From positions 1-35,838 of the forward strand of contig JAZQGX010000297.1 in the NCBI GenBank assembly GCA_045540275.1: a stretch of DNA of 35,838 nucleotides. Reading direction: 5' to 3'. The stretch comes from Kiritimatiellia bacterium. GTDB taxonomy: Bacteria; Verrucomicrobiota; Kiritimatiellia; RFP12; UBA1067. Made by a program: the position numbers and the translations under genes. Below are positions 33,410 to 35,838 of the stretch, piece after piece; within the stretch, counting starts at the first letter, position 1, and each line of letters starts with the position of its first letter. The notes beneath the pieces are model-generated. The model made no database searches. It was given only the letters and a program-made list of their open reading frames with translations, and had not been told where the DNA came from.

Positions 33410-35497
33410 ATGGTTCCCTTTATGAGTGAGAATTCGTTGAGCGATGCTGTGACGATGTGCCTGGGCGCACCGGATGCCGTTTGTTCCATCGACCAGTATG
33501 AGCTTATCCGCGAGCTTGGCGGAGGCGGGTTCGGCTGCGTATATCTCGCGCACGATACGGTCGCCGGGATTGATGTCGCGGTAAAGGGCTTACCTCCGCT
33601 CGTTCGCCTAAATAAAGAAGAGCTGGAGAACGTCCGAAAGAATTTCGCTTTAGTCTCGCGTCTTCATCATCCGAATATCGCCGCTGCGCTTCATCTGCAG
33701 AAGGTTGAAAAGGCTTTTTACAATGATAAAACCGATGCCGAAAAACTGCGCGTCTTTAATGGTGACACTCTTGTTGTAATGCAGTACGCGCCGGGAGTCA
33801 CACTCTCGCAATGGCGTAAGCAATTCCCCGATTGTAAAGTTCCGTTAGATAAGGCTTTAGAAATCACGCGGCAAATTGCATCCGCGCTCGATTACGCGCA
33901 TAAGGAGCGTATTCTCCATCGCGATATAAAGCCGGCGAATGTTATGATAGAGACTGGGGCTGACGGCTCGCTCACGGCTCGCGTTCTCGACTTCGGCCTC
34001 GCCGCTGAAATCCGCTCGTCGATGAGCCGTGTGTCGCAGAGTGTTACCGATACGTCGGGTACGCGCCCCTATATGGCGCCGGAACAGTGGGGTGGACGGA
34101 AACAAGGCAAGGAGACTGATTTATATTCTCTTGCGGTTCTTTTTTATGAACTTGTTTCAGGGGAAGTTCCGTTCGCTTCGGTATTTGACACGGGTGATCC
34201 CGTATTGATGATGAACGTAATTGAGACGAAGAATCCAGAACTTTCATCTGAACTTTCAAAACCCATTCGCCGCGCACTTGCCAAGGCCTTGGCGAAAAAG
34301 CGCGAAGATCGTTTCGCTTCATGTTCCGAGTTCGTTGATGCGTTACAAAGTGGGCGTATGTCGGGAGGGCGAGCGTCCTCGCTGGGAGGGCGAGCGTCCC
34401 CGCGAGCCGCCGCTATCCTTACCGCCGTTGCTGCCCTCGGTCTCGCTGTCGGCATCTGGTATTGGCAACAAGGATCTTCTGATGTGAATGGGAATGCGGC
34501 TCGCGAGGACGCTCGCAGGCCTCTGGCGACTTCGCTACGCGAAGCGGACTCCGTCCGGGCTATACCTCCCGTAAATGTGGCTCGCGAGTACGCTCGCCCT
34601 CCCAAAAACATCGTCCCCGCGAGCCGTGAAGATAAGGAATATACCGGTCCAAAGGATGGTGAGTGTAAAACTTTTACGCTCCCTGGCGATGTTATAATGG
34701 AGATGGTATATGTTGGCCCTGGTGAATTCATGATGGGTAGTGAAGATGGTGATGACGACGAAAAGCCAGTTCATTCCGTGCGAATCTCTCAAGGCTATTG
34801 GATTGGTAAATACCCGGTTACACAAAAGCAATGGAAAGCGTTGGTTGAAGCTAGCGATATAACCTTTGATAATGGTCAGCCTGTAGCGTACTTCAGCTCT
34901 CACGGCGGCGGTAGTAAAACTGTGGCAGGCATTGACACGTCGGACTTTCCGATGGAATGCGTTAGTTGGGATGACTGCAATAAGTTGGTAGAGGTGCTTA
35001 ACAGGAAGGAAAACTCTTCAAGAAGATGGATGATTCCGACAGAAGCGCAATGGGAGTTTGCAGCGCGAGGTGGTAGCAAATCTAAGGGTTATAAATATTC
35101 TGGTGGCGATAATATGAGCGCTTTGGGTTGGTATTATGAGAATTCAGGAGTAGACAGGCTTGCAGATTTGCAATGGAGTGTTGATAAATTAAGAAGCAAT
35201 AAATGTCGACCGCATCGAGTGGATGAAAAAGATGTAGGCAATGAGCTTGGCATAGTCGGGATGAGTGGTAATGTTTGGGAGTGGTGTCAAGATTGGTATG
35301 GGAAAGATTATTATGCAAATAGTTCAAGGTTAGATCCTAAGGGACCGGCATCGGGCGATATCCGTGTCTTGCGCGGGGGCAGCTGGTACGACCTCGCCAG
35401 GCTCTGCCGCTCCGCCGACCGCAGCGGGTCCTGGCCCGGCGACCGCATCAGCAACTGTGGCTTCCGCCTCTGTTGCTCCGCAGGACCGCGCGATTAA
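33410..35497 (+). CDS. Kinase 3: a Ser/Thr kinase with a TM helix and a C-terminal FGE-sulfatase/C-type-lectin-fold domain whose last ~40 codons look like a DGR variable region
   Basis: The kinase and TM halves are about 90% nucleotide-identical to kinase 2. The FGE domain reads MVYVGPGEFMMGS...YWIGKYPVTQKQW...RWMIPTEAQWEFAARGG...VWEWCQDWY...RVLRGGSWYDLARLCRSADRSGSWPGDRISNCGFRLCCS. The protein ends about 10 aa after GFRL. Confidence 0.85.
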   Translation: MVPFMSENSLSDAVTMCLGAPDAVCSIDQYELIRELGGGGFGCVYLAHDTVAGIDVAVKGLPPLVRLNKEELENVRKNFALVSRLHHPNIAAALHLQKVEKAFYNDKTDAEKLRVFNGDTLVVMQYAPGVTLSQWRKQFPDCKVPLDKALEITRQIASALDYAHKERILHRDIKPANVMIETGADGSLTARVLDFGLAAEIRSSMSRVSQSVTDTSGTRPYMAPEQWGGRKQGKETDLYSLAVLFYELVSGEVPFASVFDTGDPVLMMNVIETKNPELSSELSKPIRRALAKALAKKREDRFASCSEFVDALQSGRMSGGRASSLGGRASPRAAAILTAVAALGLAVGIWYWQQGSSDVNGNAAREDARRPLATSLREADSVRAIPPVNVAREYARPPKNIVPASREDKEYTGPKDGECKTFTLPGDVIMEMVYVGPGEFMMGSEDGDDDEKPVHSVRISQGYWIGKYPVTQKQWKALVEASDITFDNGQPVAYFSSHGGGSKTVAGIDTSDFPMECVSWDDCNKLVEVLNRKENSSRRWMIPTEAQWEFAARGGSKSKGYKYSGGDNMSALGWYYENSGVDRLADLQWSVDKLRSNKCRPHRVDEKDVGNELGIVGMSGNVWEWCQDWYGKDYYANSSRLDPKGPASGDIRVLRGGSWYDLARLCRSADRSGSWPGDRISNCGFRLCCSAGPRD
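34364..34411. repeat. Two tandem copies of the element in kinase 3 (GGGAGGGCGAGCGTCCTCGCT GGGAGGGCGAGCGTCCCCGCGAGCCGCC)
   Basis: It encodes SGGRASSLGGRASPRAA. This is the same position as the single copy in kinase 2, but duplicated. Confidence 0.6.
34497..34630. repeat. Inverted and partial copies of the element in the kinase 3 linker
   Basis: 34499-34516 GCTCGCGAGGACGCTCGC is the reverse complement of GCGAGCGTCCTCGCGAGC. 34575-34601 GTGGCTCGCGAGTACGCTCGCCCTCCC is the reverse complement of GGGAGGGCGAGCGTACTCGCGAGCCAC, with 1 mismatch to the consensus. 34609-34628 holds the direct partial copy CGTCCCCGCGAGCCG. The encoded peptides are AREDARRP, AREYARPP and PASRED. Confidence 0.55.
35370..35497 (+). 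other. Candidate diversity-generating-retroelement variable region (VR) at the C-terminus of kinase 3
   Basis: The scaffold is RVLRGGSW-xx-A-x-CRSA-x-R-xxxx-P-x-x-R-xxx-GFRL. The scaffold residues are shared with kinase 2, while the intervening positions differ at 16 of 17 positions that are not conserved. In kinase 3 those positions are almost all NNC codons (tac, gac, ctc, ctc, gac, agc, tcc, ggc, gac, atc, agc, aac, ttc, tgc). The GC content rises sharply from the preceding FGE-domain sequence. No template repeat or RT is visible inside the window. Confidence 0.3.
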
Positions 35498-35603
35498 GGG
35501 GCGGAGCACAGTCGCGAGCGGCGGAGAGGCGCCCCCAAGCGGAGCGAGGGGGTGAGCGGCACCATGCTCCCTAACTCCTTGCCTATAACTTGGTTTTTAT
35601 TTC

Positions 35604-35698
35604 TTTGCTTTCGCTTCTTGGAGTTTAGGAGATTGGGAGTTTAGGAACTTTACCCCTCCCGATCTCCAAAACTCCAAATCTCCAAGAAGCGAAAGCAA
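35604..35698. repeat. 19-bp perfect inverted repeat (TTGCTTTCGCTTCTTGGAG / CTCCAAGAAGCGAAAGCAA) flanking a 57-nt partially self-complementary core; a long hairpin/cruciform candidate
   Basis: Arm 35604-35622 is the exact reverse complement of 35680-35698. The inner sequence has GGAGTTTAGGA/GGGAGTTTAGG direct repeats that face CTCCAAAACTCC/CTCCCGATCTCC. Confidence 0.6.
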
Positions 35699-35838
35699 CC
35701 TAAAAAGTTAGCTCCATGAACATTCACGCGCGAGCGCGGGCAGGGCGCTAACTACTAACTCCTGACTCCAGAAATAGGCCCGCCGGGAGCCTCGCCCCCC
35801 CCTTGTGGTGCAGGCCGGCCCTCCCCGGCCTCGCGCGG

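Overview
This 35.8 kb window comes from a moderately GC-rich (about 55-58%) bacterial chromosome. All 31 supported genes are on the + strand, closely packed, with several ATGA/TTGA overlaps. I found no rRNA, tRNA, CRISPR array, transposase or integrase. Prepilin-like pseudopilins, Sel1 repeats and kinase-FGE fusions suggest a PVC-superphylum-like organism, but that is inference only.

Layout:
(1) 1-8088: a type II secretion / type IV pilus-like block. It has GspH/I/J/K-like pseudopilins with prepilin-type N-termini, a GspL (PilM-N)-like and a GspM (PilO)-like protein, and a 929-aa secretin.
(2) 8286-12268: a sugar cassette with a D-lyxose/mannose isomerase (cupin), a PfkB fructokinase-like kinase and a secreted GH-A-like protein.
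(3) 12518-14133: an RRM glycine-rich RNA-binding protein with a terminator, then a GT4 glycosyltransferase.
(4) Three paralogous eukaryote-like Ser/Thr kinases, at 14157, 29072 and 33410, each with a TM segment and a different extracytoplasmic module: Sel1 repeats plus a beta-helix in the first, an FGE-sulfatase/C-type-lectin-fold domain in the other two.
(5) 18075-25623, between kinases 1 and 2: an HTH_17 regulator, then a zinc-ribbon-SPFH protein, a zinc-ribbon-FHA protein, a Snf7/CHMP-like ESCRT-III protein, a Vps4-like MIT+AAA ATPase with the SKWYGESE meiotic-clade signature, a second zinc-ribbon ESCRT-III-like protein with MIM-like tails, and exported proteins. I propose this as a candidate bacterial ESCRT-III/Vps4 membrane-remodelling system. 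It is the most novel item in the window.
(6) The last ~40 codons of kinase 3 look like a diversity-generating retroelement variable region (RGGSW...CRSA.R...GFRL scaffold, NNC codons, abrupt GC rise). A GC-rich tract and a 19-bp perfect inverted repeat follow it. The window ends before any template repeat or reverse transcriptase could be seen.

A ~27-bp GC-rich repeat (GGGAGGGCGAGCGTCCYCGCGAGCC) recurs inside the kinase genes in several frames and both orientations. The N-terminal halves of kinases 2 and 3 are a ~1 kb duplication that is about 90% identical at the DNA level.
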